The notes under the pieces were generated by a model. The model was not told the origin of the DNA and ran no database searches. It saw only the letters and a list, made by a program, of their open reading frames with translations. DNA of 64,000 nucleotides from Macrostomum lignano (lineage: Eukaryota): assembly GCA_002269645.1 (NCBI GenBank), contig NIVC01003684.1, positions 1 through 64,000 on the forward strand, written 5' to 3'. Numbering within the stretch: the first letter of the stretch is position 1; the number at the start of each line of letters is the position of its first letter. A program made the translations under genes and the position numbers. Shown here one piece after another: positions 34,435 to 49,149 of this stretch.

Positions 34435-37400
34435 TCATTCCGTCTGCTCCGCTGGCTCTTCCGGAGGCGGCGGCGGGGTGCCGACAACCTGCGTCGGTTC
34501 CGCAGTTGCCGTCCCGTCCTCCTCGCCGTCGCCGTCGCCTTCGCCGCCGTCAGCCCCGTCAGCCGCCGCTGCCGCCGCCTCCTCGGGCACAGCTGGCAGA
34601 TTCTGACTCACCCCTCGCCTCTTGTTCATGTCCAACGTGTGCCGGACAATGCTGACGCACACCACTAACCAGTTGAACAGGAATTCGGCCGGCTTCGACC
34701 CGTGCTTGCTGGCCATGTTCTGCGGTACGTCTGTCAATTCATTTTATTGCTCTTTTTGAATGGCAAAGCATGAGAATCTGTTCTGTTACTTGCAATGCTA
34801 CTAATAGTAAGCGGTAGCCGATTATGCATGGGAATGAAAACTAGGCTTCCAAAATTATTATTTAGTGCATTTTATATTAAGACCCTCGTACTCCTAGCCA
34901 AGCTTTCTGATTGGGTAGCTCTACCATTCCAGCTCTCTTATTGGCCAGATCCATTCTCTTTAGTTCTTCGCCCCACATTTAGGTTTGACTCTCTAAGCTC
35001 TCTGATTGGCTGGCTTTATCCCCTTACACACCCGCCCCATTCCTAGTTTTTAATTTTACCCTCCAAGCTTTCTAATTGGCTGGCTCTATCCCGTTACTCA
35101 CCCGCCCCACTTTTACTCTCCAAGCTTTCGCATTGGTTGCACCATGTATAATATGTCATAAGCGTAATACGCTGTGCAGTACAAAAAACATGGGAAGTTT
35201 TGAAACAGCAAATACGTAAACAGTAGTGCAAATCCGAAACAAATTGAATGTAATCACTCAGGATGTGCAGAGACTATATGGGGAACAATTCGTGTCCAAA
35301 TCCAAATGGTTGTTTTGTAACCGAGGTAAAAGCTGAATAAAAAACTTTCCTAATGATGTAATTCACCTGATATCAAAGATACGAGAGGTCGAGCTCTCCA
35401 ATTGTCGTGGATTAATTCTGCAATTGCATTTATTTAAAAACTAGCATCTAATTCTTTTTTATCTACATGTAGCTACATTGATTACTTGCTTTAAGTAGCG
35501 AGATGAAACCTTAAATAGAAGTTTGTTTATGTTGTCGAAAAAATAAAATGTTATTCAAGAAAACATCCCCATCTGCTCAATACTACTCAAATCCCCAGAA
35601 TCCCATGTTCTCAATGCTACTCAAATCCCCAGAATCCCATATGCTCAATGCTACTCAAATCCCCAGAATCCCATGTGCTCAATGCTACTCAAATCCCCAG
35701 AATCCCATATTCTGGGATTTCTGGCTACTCAAATACCCAGAATCCCATATGCTCAATGCTACTCAAATCCCCAGAATCCCATATGCTCAATGCTACTCAA
35801 ATCCCCAGAATCCCATACGCTCACCATTAAGACAGGCATCAATGAACTCCAGCGGCACGGCGGCGGGATCCTTCTGCGGATCGAACTCCATGACCATGCG
35901 GCCCAGGCTGATCTTCACGTGCTTCTGGCAGTGCCGCCACTTGTCGAAGTCGCCGGCCTTGGCCGCATCCGGATAGAACATCGCCAGCACGCCGCGGATG
36001 ATGGTCAGCACTGTGCTCGGAGGCTCCTTGTAGCTGCGCAGCTCAGCGTACGCCTCCTTGCTGAGTCGGCCAACGTTCTCGCGCAGGTCCCGCAGCATGA
36101 AGCTGTCGAACAGGGCCTCGGCCGACATGCCGCCGGGTGCCAGAGCGCCGGCTTCGCCAAGCGCCTGTTTGATAATCTCGTCCTGGGTCAGCTGCAGCAG
36201 CCGGAGGATCTTCATCACCTCTCGCTGGTTGGCCTCGGTCAGAAAGCGCAGCTTGCCCATGCTCAGGTCGATCACGGCGGTTGCCAAGCCGTTCAGATCA
36301 CGCAGTGGCGTAGCCAGTCGGCGCTCGCCGTACGCGTCGGCAGTGAGCGACTCGGAATTGTCTACGCACATGAACAGGTAGTCTCTGGCGAGAGTTAGGG
36401 GGATCGGTGAGGATTAGCTACCACTTTTAGCTTGTACTGCTGTCGAACTTCTATGCTCAAGTTTTGGAGTTTTGTGTCAGTCTGGGATTCGCCGATGTCA
36501 GAATGGGATTCTTCATTGTTAGGTTGGGATTCTTCATTGTTAGGTTGGGATTCCCCGATGTCAATCTGGGATTCCCCGATGTCAGACTGGGATTCCCCGA
36601 TGTCAGACTGGGATTCCCCGATGTCAGACTGGGATTCCCCGATGTCAATCTGGGATTCCCCGATGTCAGACTGGGATTCCCCGATGTCAGACTGTGATTC
36701 CCCGATGTCAGAATGGGATTCCCCAATGTCAGACTGGGATTCCTTGATGTCATCCGGGGATTCTCCGATGTCAGGTTGGGATTCCCCACTGTAAGATTTT
36801 GATTCTTCATTGTAAGGTTGGGATTCCCCTATGTCAGTCTGGGATTTCCCGGTTCCCGGGTGTCAGTCCGGGATTCCCCGGTTCTCGGATATCAGTCTGG
36901 GATTCCCCGATACCGGATGTCAGTCTGGGATTCCCCACTGTCAGACTGAGATTCTCCTACGTCATATTGGGATTCCCCGATGTCAGGTTGGAGTTCTAGA
37001 GGTCAGGTTTTTCTTTAGGTGTCAGACTGAGATATCAGATGTTAAAAACTTAATTGCATGGTTTTCAAAACTAATTAGTTCTGAAATATTTTCCCCAAAC
37101 CTCACCTGAACACATTCTCGTCCCTGTTAAGCTTTGGTGGCACCTTATATTTTTCAACCTCGCCATCCTGCGTGACGTTCATCACCTTGCGCAAGCAGTA
37201 GGCACCTTTGCCGCGCCTGTGGTCGCTTTCGCGCATGTACAGAGCGGTGCTCTGAATAGCGGGCACCCGCCTGCAGATCCAAACCAGCGATTCCGATACG
37301 CGCAAAGTCTTCTGCAGCGCGTCCACCTGTGAGAGTTATGGTTGAGTTTTTTAAGCTTTGTTTCAAGTTTTGAAATCCTTTTTAGTCAGAATTCTTGAAA

Positions 37401-40400
37401 TCAAATATCACCTCTAATAGTGTGTAGAATGCATACAGTGCTGGGCCTCAGTTGATCCTCAATTGCTGGGCAACCACCACCAGCCTCCCAGATCCTCAGT
37501 TGCTGGGCAACCACCACCAGCCTCCCAGATCCTCAGTTGCTGGGCAACCACCACCAGCCTCCCAGATCCTCAGTTGCTGGGCAACCACCACCAGCCTCCC
37601 AGATCCTCAGTTACTGGGCAACCACCACCAGCCTCCCAGATCCTCAATTGCTGGGCAACCACCACCAGCCTCCCAGATCCTCAGTTGCTGGGCAACCACC
37701 ACCAGCCTCCCAGATCCTCAGTTGCTGGGCAACCACCACCAGCCTCCCAGATCCTCAGTTACTGGGCAACCACCACCAGCCTCCCAGATCCTCAGTTACT
37801 GGGCAACCACCACCAGCCTCCCAGATCCTCAGTTGCTGACCCCCCACCACCAGCCTCCCAGATCCTCAGTTACTGGGCAACCACCGCCAGTCTCCCAGAT
37901 CCTCAGTTACTGGGCAACCACCGCCAGTCTCCCAGATCCTCAGTTACTGGGCAACCACCGCCAGTCTCCCAGATCCTCAGTTACTGGGCAACCACCGCCA
38001 GTCTCCCAGATTCTCAGTTACTGGGCAACCACCACCAGCCTCTCAGATTCTCAGTTACTGGGCAACCACCGCCAGTCTCCCAGATTCTCAGTTACTGGGC
38101 AACCACCACCAGCCTCTCAGATTCTCAGTTGCTGGGCTACCCTGCCATGTCCTCAAGATGCAAAAGAACTTTTTTAAAGTTTCTCAGAATTGAAATTCGC
38201 CAAAGACCCTTCAAGCCATCATTGGCCAACCTTGTGGTAGGCGATGCTGAAGGCATTCGAGACGCCCTGGAAGAACTGCATCTCGTGAGCCACGAAGTGC
38301 CTCTTGCGCACTGGATCAGCCACAGTGTCCACCGCCAGGGTGCCGAAAACCCGCTTCTGCCGGTCCTTCAGGGGCACCACGGCTAGAGCGCCGTCCACCT
38401 CCTGCAGATTGATGGCCTTGTTGAAGTAGTGCACCGATGGGTTGGCCGTCACTCGGGGCACGTGCAGCGGCTTGCCGGACTGGACCACCTGCCGATTGGG
38501 GTTGGGGTTGGAGTTGGAGTTGGGGTTGGAATTGGAGTTAGAGTTGGGGTTGGGGTTGGAGTTGGAGTTGGAGTTGGAGTTGGGGTTGGGGTTGGGGTTG
38601 GGGTTGGGATTGGAGTTGGAATTGGGGTTGGAGTTGGAGTTGGAGTTGGAGTTAGAGTTGGGGTTGGGGTTGGGGTTGGAATTGGAGTTGGGGTTGGAGT
38701 TAGGGTTGGAATTGGGGTTGGAGTTGAGGGGGGAGTTGCGGTTGGAGTTGGGGTTGGAGTTGGGGTTGGAGTTGGCGTTGGAGTTGGGAATGGGATTGGC
38801 GCACCTGAAAGCTGACACCGGTCTCGGACAGCTCGTACAGGCTCTGGCCGACCACAAAGTCGGCATCCTCAGGCGTGGCGGCCACGTAACGGAGCACCAG
38901 GCCGCCCAGCTCTGCCACATTCTCATTGTTGCTCTCTAGCAGGGCCAGATTAGCGCAGATCCTCTTGCCATCGCCGTGCGTCTCCGCGTCGCGGTACAGC
39001 GCCCAGAACACGGCGCGGTACACCGGCTCCATGCTGGCGCCGCTCTCCTCACCGGCCAGTCGGATGCTGGCCAACCACTTCTTGCGCGCCGCGCCGCGGA
39101 TTCGCTCCTGCTGGGAGCGCTCGACAGACTCGGCCATGAACTGGATGAGCTCCTCCATGCTGTCCGCCTCGCCGCCTGTCGTTGCCGCCGATTTGACGAA
39201 ATCGCGAAATTCGCGCTTGGCCAGCCGGCTGTCCTGGTGCTGCTGCTGCTGCTTGGTTAGCTTGGACGACCGGCTCTTCAGCTCCTTCTTGGCTTTAACC
39301 AGGGCCTTGCGCAGGGTGGCGTCTTTGTACTTTAGCATGACGTTCTCCACTTCGTCTAGGTCGAGGAATCCGGAACCGTCGTTGTCCCAGAGCTGGAAGA
39401 GTTCGTCTAGCAGCACTTTGCGCTTGGCTGATAACTGGCGCTGTTGGATCTGCAGTGGCGGTATTAGGGGGCGGGTATTAGGGGGCGGGTATGAGTATGA
39501 GTATGAGGATAAGGATGAGTATGAGTATGAATATGAGCATGAGTATGAGGATGAGGATGAGTATGAGTATGAATATGAGCATGAGTATGAGGATGAGGAT
39601 GAGTATGAGTATGAATATGAGCATGAGTATGAGGATGAGGATGAGTATGAGTATGAATATGAGTATGAGTATGAGCATGAGCATGAGCATGAGCATGAGC
39701 ATGAGTACGAGTACGAGTGTGAGTATGAGCATGAGCATGAGTATGAGTATGAGCATGAGCAAGAGTATGAGTATGAGTACGAGTACGAGTATGAGCATGA
39801 GCATGAGCATGAGCATGAGCATGAGTATGAGTGTGAGCATGAGCATGAGTATGAGTATGAGCATGAGCAAGAGTATGAGTATGAGCATGACTGAGTAAAT
39901 ACAGTATCAATACCACTCACCAGCTTAATCCTGGCCAGTCTCTCGTCCTCAGTCTCTACATATCCCTCCCGGACAAAGATGATCAAGTCCTCCATCAGGT
40001 CTTTCTTCGGCTCGTCACCAAGGAACGTCTCGGTGACGTGGACAAACTGGCCGTTGGTGAGATTCATCTCGTCAAAGGCGGACGATTTTGTCCGAGATGT
40101 GTCCGCCGTGCGATTGGAAATTCCGGCTGTTTAGGGAGCGTGCGGGGGTTACTTTGGGTATGACCGCTCTAGTGGGTCAGAGTAACTCACTGACTTCTCT
40201 AGTGGGTCAGAGTGACTCACTGACTGCTCTAGTGGGTCAGAGTGACTCACTGACTGCTCTAGTGGGTCAAAGTGACTCACTGACTGCTCTAGTGGGTCAG
40301 AGGGACTCACTTACTGCTCTAGTGGGTCAGAGTAACTCACTGACTTCTCTAGTCGGTCAGAGTAACTCACTGACTTCTCTAGTGGGTCAGAGTGACTCAC

Positions 40401-43400
40401 TGACTGCTCTAGTGGGTCAGAGTGACTCTCACTCACTGCTCTAGTGGGTCAGAGTGACTCACTGACTGCTCTAGTGGGTCAGAGTGACTCACTGACTTCT
40501 CTAGTGGGTCAGAGTGACTCACTGACTTCTCTAGTGGGTCAGTGTGACTCACTGACTGCTCTAGTGGGTCAGAGGGACTCACTGACTGTTCTAGTGGGTC
40601 AGAGTGACTCAGTAGCACAACCGTTAAAACTGAATGTGCTTAAACTGAAAGCACTGGAAAAGTAAAAAATCTGAATAGTGTAAATAGCATATAAATGATA
40701 AAGTTTTCAACAGAAAAAGTTCAATAAACCTGTGATCGCATAGAACAGAAGGCTTACATGTACACTCTTACGAGTATTAAAGCAAATAAACAAAGGACAG
40801 ATTTATAGCGGTCTTCAGAAAAGAACAGAACTGAATATTATAAGCATAGAAAATATTCAGTAAAATGTTTTTTACCAAGAAACTGATCCAATGCTTTGCT
40901 AACTGAAATGGATCATTTTTATTGTTCATTTTTTGCTTTTATTCCTCCGCGAACTATTGGGTTGGCATTGATGCATGCAAAAATTGAGGCTAAACTCAAT
41001 TAAATAACGTGATGGAATATGAAACACCGTGCACTCGTGACTCCTGTTCCACGACTTTTGAAGTGCTTTTTGTTGAGAATGAAAAAGCAGACTAGCGTCG
41101 TCACTCACTAATAATGACGGATCGGATGTCAGTTTCCAAGTGAATGCTTCAAGTGCGGGAGATTTATAAGGCAGCTTGATGACGTCACTGCTGTTCTGTT
41201 CGGTATATCGAACTTAAGTATAATAACAATAACTATAGTTGATTACACCTGCCCCAATCCGACAGCTCAGCCGCAGCTATTGCGAGGCGCATCTGAAGGC
41301 TGCGTACGGCTGTTCAGTCCAAGGACTGGGGGGTCGCCACACACAGCCTCAATTACCCCAGCTAATGCTGGCACCCATTTTACAGCTGGGTGAGCTGAAT
41401 AAATGCAGAGTTAAATGTCTTGCTCAAGGACACAAATTGTTCCAGTGGGATCAGGAATCGAACCCCCGACCTTCAAGTCGTGATTCCGACGCTCTAGCCA
41501 CAAGGCTACAGACCCTGCTAGGCTAAAACATCTAATCATGCTTAACTACAGCACTTTAGCCTTGGAACTTACTGATATCGCGGCTCAATGGCTCCACGCC
41601 TTCGTCCTGAAGATCGATCGGGACGTCTTCTGCAACAGAAAAAATCACTTGACTTATGATTCCTTTTGCCAAGCTTTCCAGAAGTTAATCCGCTTCTAGT
41701 AGCAGCAAAATCAACTCACCCGCTAACATTTCATCAGCTTCTCCGCCCGTCGCCTTTTCGCCTTCGCCCTCACCCTGCTGCGGCGGCGTCGGCGGCGACG
41801 ACGGTGACTCCGTCCGTTTGCGCACCTCGTCCTCGAAAGTCACTTCGCGTTTCGCCTTGGCTTTGGCCTTTGCGTCGCTGCCGCTGGAGCCGCTGACCTC
41901 CTCGCGGGTGGCGGCCTCTGACGGCTGATTTGCCTCCTCCTCAGCGCCCTCGTCGGCGACCGTCTTCCTGGCTGGAGGCGGTGACGGACTCTTTGCCGGG
42001 GATTGGTCTGCAGCTGCAGCTGGCGGTGGCGATGGACTTTTAGCTGCCTTCGGAGAGGCCAGCGTCTCCTGATCCTCAGCCGCCTGCGGCGGAGGCGGCG
42101 ACGGACTTTTGGCTGCCTCTTTCGGAGAAGGCTGCGGCGATGGACTTTTTGGTTGCTCGGCAGTCGCAGGTTCAGGCGACTTCGCCGCTGGTGGTGATGG
42201 CGTCTTGCGAGTCTGCTCCTTGCCCTGCGACTCCGTCGCTACTTTGCTGCTTTCCTCTCCCAGCTGCTCTCCATCCTTGGGCGACTCGCGTCCTTCAACT
42301 GTTTCTTCTGCCATCTCCCTGTCAGTCTCTTCAGTCTCCTCCACTTCTTCATCATCCTCGAGAACGGCGGCCGCTTCCGCCGCAGCCTCCTCGGCCTCCT
42401 CCTGTAGCATAGTTTTGGCTCGCTCCTCGTCCTCCTTAGCCTGCTCCTCCAGGACTTCGCGCATCTCCTCGTGCAGCTCACGAACCGGCCCTGGAATTAG
42501 AAGCGGCAATGTTCTTTAGTGAATCAAGCCTAAAGTTAAGGCGTGGGTTTGTGTGCCAGGGTAGAAAGATAATAACCGGAGTTGAGTGGTTGGCGGAGCT
42601 AGGGGAGGTGTTAAGGCGTGGGGTTGGTGTGCCAGGGTAGAAAGATAATAGCCAGAATTGAGTGGGTTGGCGGAGCTAGGGGAGGTGTCAAGGCGTGGGG
42701 TTGGTGTGCAAGGGTAGAAAGATAATAGCCAGAATTGAGTGGGTTGGCGGAGCTAGGGGAGGTGTCAAGGCGTGGGGTTGGTGTGCCGGGGTAGAAATAC
42801 AAGTGTGCTATGAAGTTGTTGGTGAAATTCATTATACGAGCTAAAATTGCTCGTAGTGGTTTTCTTGAGATGGGTTAGAAGTTTTAGATAAGTTTGGCAG
42901 ATGGTTCATTATTAGCGAAAGACTAGCAATCTACGCCCCCCGTTGGGGAGCCAAAGAAATGCTATACACGTTTTTTTAATAAGCTACATGTATCCTTGAA
43001 ATCTTAAAAAATCTCCTGTCAAACCTTGTAAGCCTTGACATGTCAGTAATTCCCCCCCCCCAGCTTTAACATATCAACTTCCCCCTTGACATCTCAGCAA
43101 TGCCGCCAATAAGCCTTGGAAATCTAAAAATATCTGTCAACCTTCCAACCCTAACCCTAACCCTAACCCTAACCCTAACCTAACCCTAAAGCATTGAAAT
43201 TTCAGTAATTCTCTCTAAGAGTCATTATAGCACTACTACAGCATTATAGCGATAAGCTTCTTTTATTTTTTACATAACGCTTTTTTTATCAGCGATCCCT
43301 CGCCTGAGGAGGCATCAAATAATGTAATAAAAAGTTTTCAATATACTACATGTAGCTTCTGACTTTAGCCTTGAAATCTCATTTATACCCCCGTGAGCCT

Positions 43401-46400
43401 TGACATCTCAGCTATTCCCCCCCCCGTAAGCCTTGACATGTCAGCGATGGCCCCCATAAACCTTGAAATCTAAAAAATCCACTGTTAACCTTGAAACCCG
43501 ATAAAATCTAACCCTCAACCCACACCTGACCTAAACCTAACTTTAACCCAACCTAAAGCCTTGAAATCTCAGCAATTCTTCTCCCCTAAGCCTTGACATT
43601 TTAGTGATTCCTTCTTTAAGAATCACAGCACTATAACGATTTCCACCAAGCTTTGACATCGTAGCAATTCCCAAATGAATCTTTTAACTTCGACATGACT
43701 TTTCTTTTATGTATACATAGTGCTACTTTTATTTTTTACATGACTCTTCTTCTATCAGCACCCCCCCCATGGCGAGCCAACAAAGAATGCAATAAAAAAT
43801 TGAGTAAAGTACATGAACTTTGAAGTAGCTTTTGACTTTTGCTTTGAGATCCCAGAAACAACCCCCCCCCTCGTAATCTCAGTTATTCTCTCAGAGCCTT
43901 TACGTCTCAGTTTTTCTTCCCAGCACAGCATTATAGCTGCATTTCATTTTTACATGACACCCTTCATGTCTGACATGACGCTTCTTTTGATTTTTACATT
44001 ACACTTCTTTTATTCTTCCATGATGCTTCTTAATTTTTTAAATGACGCTTTCATTAGTTTTTAAATGAGGCTTCTTTGATTTTTTCATGACGCTTCTATG
44101 ATTGTTTACATGACGCTTCTATGCTTTTTACATGACACTTCTATGCTTTTTACATGACGCTTCTATGATTATTTCATGACGCTTCTATGATTGTTTACAT
44201 GACGCTTCTATGATTGTTTACATGATGCTTCTACGATTTCTGCAGGACGCTTCTATGATTTTTACATGATGCTTCTATGATTTTTTCATGACGCTCCTAT
44301 GATTTTTTCATGACGCTTCTATGATTTTTACATGACGCTTCTATGATTTTTTCATGACGCTTCTATGATTGTTTCATGACGCTTCCATGATTTTTTACAT
44401 GACACTTCTATGATTTTTACATGACGCTTCCATGATTTTTTCATGACGCTTCTGTGATTGTTTATATGACGCTTCTATGCTTTTTATATGACGCTTCTAT
44501 GATTTTTTACATGACGCTTCTATGCTTTTTACATGACGCTTCCATGATTTTTTCATGACGCTTCTGTGATTGTTTATATGACGCTTCTATGCTTTTTACA
44601 TGACGCTTCTACGATATCTGCAGGACGCTTCTATGATTGTTTACATGACGCTTCTATGAATTTTACATGACGCTTCTATGATTTTTTCATGACGCTTCTA
44701 TGATTTTTTACATGACGCTTCTATGATTTTTACATGACGCTTCTATGATTTTTACATGACGCTTCTATGATTTTTTACATGACGCTTCCATGATTTTTTC
44801 ATGACGCTTCTATGATTTTTTACATGACGCTTCTATGATTTTTTACATGACGCTTCTATGATTTTTTTGTTTTCTTCTTGGTGTTAAAAAGCTTTAATTA
44901 AAAAAATTCCACTCTCTAAAAATTCGAACCATCGTCCCTGCATTTAGCAGTCAGTCTGTTTACCTCTAGGCTAGCTCTCATCGTTTTGATAATATGAATT
45001 TTAGCACTTATAATTATAAGTTTCAAAACTCTAAGCATAGAGTAAATCACACGAGGCAGTTATGACATAATCAATTTCTCAGTCAGTCAGTATCAGTTAA
45101 CAATATGGTTACGCAATTTAAATCAAGTCTGGTGCTACGCTTCCACACTGCATTTTCAATTCAAGTCAGAGTTACAATTCAGTTATGATGCAATCTATTT
45201 CAGAATCAGAATTCAACCAGTCAGTTTTTTCTCTAGCATTCTTACAATGCATTTCAAGTCGAAAAGTTTGCTTGACCTTTGCAAAAAAACATGTTTTTCG
45301 AATATTTAATCCTTTTAACATGGAGCAATTTCTTAGCCAAGATGCATGTACCGTCACGGGAAAATTTCTGATCAAACAGTGCAAGTCTCATGAAAATCGG
45401 TTAAGCCATTTTTTCTCTAATCGATTGCAAGCAAGCAAGCAAGATTTTCATTTTTAGTATATACGAGGCCAACTCCTCCTCTGGAGGAGAAAGGGGAAGA
45501 ATTCCCATCACCGGAACTCCATTCCCTGAAATGCCATTCCCTGAATCCCATCATCCAACTCCTCTCCGCGAAACTGAACATCATCGAAATCCTCTCCGTA
45601 AAAGATAACTCCATCAAAAACCTCTCCGTGAAACTGACATTCATCAAAATCCTCTCCGAGAAACAGAAATCCTCTCCGTTAAACTGGACTTTATGGAAAT
45701 CCTCTGCGTGAAACTGAAATCCATCAAAATCGTCTCCGCGAAACAGAAATTCTCTCCTTAAAACTGGACTGAATCGAAATTTTCTCCGTCAAAAAGAATC
45801 AACACTCAGGATTTAGTGGTTAGGGTTAGGGTTAGGGTTAGAGCTACAACGCAGCAGCGTGTTGAAAGGCGCCGATAAAAAATTGAACCAATTAAATTCA
45901 TTGAATGCGCAACCGATTTCACAGTCAGTCAGTATCAGTCTCGGTAAAAGTTAACAAAAAGATTGCGCAAACTAAATCAACCCTTCAATACACAGCGACT
46001 GACCCCCTTCCGCAGTCGCAATTAAAAGTTGAACCGCCCCTCCCCTCCCACCAACTGTTGGGGGGTTGGTCGAACCCCCATTGAACTCCAAAATGAGTAC
46101 ACTGCAGAAAGTTAAAAGTATGGAAATCGTTTTTTAAATGCTGTGCTTTTTGTTTTCACATTTAAAGCAAACAACTTATATCCTCGAAGTCTGCATTGAA
46201 AGATCTTTCCAGCAATATAAGTCTCTTCTCTCAGAGTTCAAAACTCGAGGAACAGTTGGCGTTTGAAATATCCCAATTTAAAGCATTGAACTATCGAGTG
46301 TACGCATGCGTGCACTGCCTGCTAAAAAGGCTTGCAAGTTTATTCATTAAATTCCACTGCCGCCCCAGCACCCTCAACACAGAGGGGTTTGGTTAAGTTC

Positions 46401-49086
46401 TCAGTGCACACAGTTGTGGCGCAATCGCTAAAAATTGATGTCAACCGGCCCAGCTTACACTCCTTCAGCTGAAAGAATACACTGCACAGATAGGCCAGCT
46501 GTTGTGGCGCAATCATTGCAAATTACGCAAGATGGGCATATTCCCCTATTGTTCTACGATTTCTGCTTTTTTAGGGATCTTAAAATTTGAAAATAAAAAA
46601 TTGAAATAGCCCACTGCCATCCTCGGAAAATTTGCAGTGTTCCCATATAAGTTTCAACGCTGACTTGCAAGTCGTCTAGGAGGAGATATGTATCACACAA
46701 ACAGACAAACAACGCACCAACTTTAGTATTAACGAGTGGAACTCCTCCTTCGGAGGAGAAAGGGGAAGAACTCCCATCACCGGAATTCCATTCCCTGAAA
46801 TATCCATCAACTGAAATTCCATGTCTTGAACCCTATCTTCCAAATCGTCTCCAAATTCTTTACAAACCTTTCAAAGACTATAGCTCAAAGACTCTTACGT
46901 CTCTCATATCTCCTCTCTCCTCTCTTCGCTATTATCATGACTCTCTTCTCTCTCCTCTCTCTCTTCTCATCTCTACTCCCTTTATCTATCTCTTCTCCCT
47001 CGTCTTTCGTCTCTACTTTCTCCTTTCTCCTCTTCTCTCTCATCTCTCATCTGTACTCTTTTTCTTTCTCCTCTACTCTCTCCTCTTCTATTTCCTCTGT
47101 ACGCTCTTATCCCTCCTCTCTTCTTTCTCCTCTTATCTCTCCTGTCTCCTCTTTGCTATCTTATATCTCCCCTCTCATCTCCTCTCTTCTTTTCTCTTCT
47201 CTCTCCTTCGTTCCCGCCTTACTCCCCTCTTCTCTCCCATCTGGCATGTCTAATCTCTCCACTCATTTCTACTCTGTTTTCTATCATCTCATCTCTCTTC
47301 TCTTTTCATTCTTTTCCTTACTCTATTCTCTGACTGATTGAAGATGCCAAATACATCAAGATCCTCTCCGCGAAGCAGAAATCCTGTTCGTGCAACTGAA
47401 AACCATCGAAATCCTCTCCGTGAAACTGGACTCCTTCGAAATCCTCTCCTTGAAACCTGAATCCATCAAAATTGTTTCCATAAAACAGAAATCAATCATA
47501 AATTATCTCAGCGAAACAGAAAGCCTCTCCGTGAAGCTGAACATGATCGAAATCCTCTCCGTGAAACTGAAGACCATGGAAATCCTTTCGTGAAACTGAA
47601 CATCATCGAAATCCTCTCCACGAAACAGAAATCTTCTCCGTCAGAATTTAAACATTGAAATCGTCTCCGCTAAACTTGACTTAATCGAATTTTTTCCGTC
47701 AAACAACTCAACTCGCCAGATTCATTAGGGCTAGGGTTAAGGTTAGGGTTAGGGTTAGGGTTAGAACTACGCACAGCTTCGTGTTAAAAGGCACTGATAA
47801 AAATATTGAATTAATTGAATCAAATCATTGCGCAACCGATTTCACAGTCAGTCAGTATCAGTCTCAGTTAAAGTTAACAAAAACATTGCGCAATCTAAAT
47901 CAACCCTCCAATACACAGCAGCAGTGAGAAGTTGAACCCTCCCCCAACTTTATCTATTACGTCTCGCAAAACTGAGTACAATTTTTGCAGAAAGTTAAAA
48001 GTATGGAAATAGTTTTTTAAATGCGGTGCTTTTTCTTTTCATATTTAAAGCAAACAACTTATATCCCTAAACTCAGCGTTGCAAGATCTTTCCAGCAATA
48101 TAAGTCTCTCCTCTCAAAGTTTAAAACTCAAGGAGCAGTTAGCGTTTGAAATTTACCGATTTCCCGACTGCTTGCCTGAGAGGCTCGCAATTTTGTACAT
48201 TGAATTTCACTGCCAAGCTAATACACAGGGCCGATAATAAAAAAGCTAACCAATTGAATCAATTGATTGCGCAATATATTTCTGTGTTAGTCAGTATAAG
48301 TCTCAGTTAAAGTTAACAAAAAGTTTGCGCAATCTAATCAACCCTCCAATACAAAGCAACTGACCCCCTTCCTATACACAGCGCCAGTTAGAAGTCGAAA
48401 CCCCCAACTTTATCTCTCACCTCTCGCCAAAATGAGTACAATCTTTGCAGAAAGTTTAAAGTATGGAAATAGTTTTTGCAATGCAGAGCTTTTAGTTTTC
48501 ATATTTGAAGCAAACAATTTATATCCCTGAAATCAGCTTTGCAAGTTCTTTCCAGCAATATAAATTTTTTCTCTCAAAGTTAAAAACTCGAGCAACAGTT
48601 TGCGTTTGAAACTTTCTGATTTAAAGCATTGAAATATCGATTGTACGTTCACTGCCTGCTAAAGAGGCCCGCAAGTTTATGCATTGAATTTCAAGGTTCA
48701 ACAAAATCACAGGGCTGCCTATTGAAAATTAGAACACAAATCTTTGCGCAATTGTCTATACAGTCAGCCAGTGAGCCAGGGTCCGATTGTACACAGGCAG
48801 CCATTTAGAACGCCCCATCCCCCCACTGGAGAGAAAATACACTGCAGAGATAGGGAAAAGTTGTGGCGCAATCACTTGAAATTCATGCAAATTTTCAGCT
48901 CCAAGCAGAAAGAGGGGACAATTAAGATTATCAAAGGTCAAGACCGCCGTTTTCTGCTTTTTTGAGGATCTTAGAAATTAAAATTTCAGAATTAAAATAG
49001 CCTATAGCCGACCTCGGATAATTTCCAATCTTCCCATATAAGTTTCAACGCTGAGTTGCCACTATTCAAGGAGGAGTTGTCGAAAT

Positions 49087-49122
<36 letters not shown>

Positions 49123-49149
49123 GACAGACAAACAACGCGTCAACTTTAG

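Noticed and set aside
41455-41515. tRNA gene
   Set aside because: A and B boxes are present but there is no complete cloverleaf; it continues into a SINE body.
43149-47764. TTAGGG tracts as a true telomere or fusion site
   Set aside because: Only 4-7 units, located inside an intron and at fixed positions within a repeat family.
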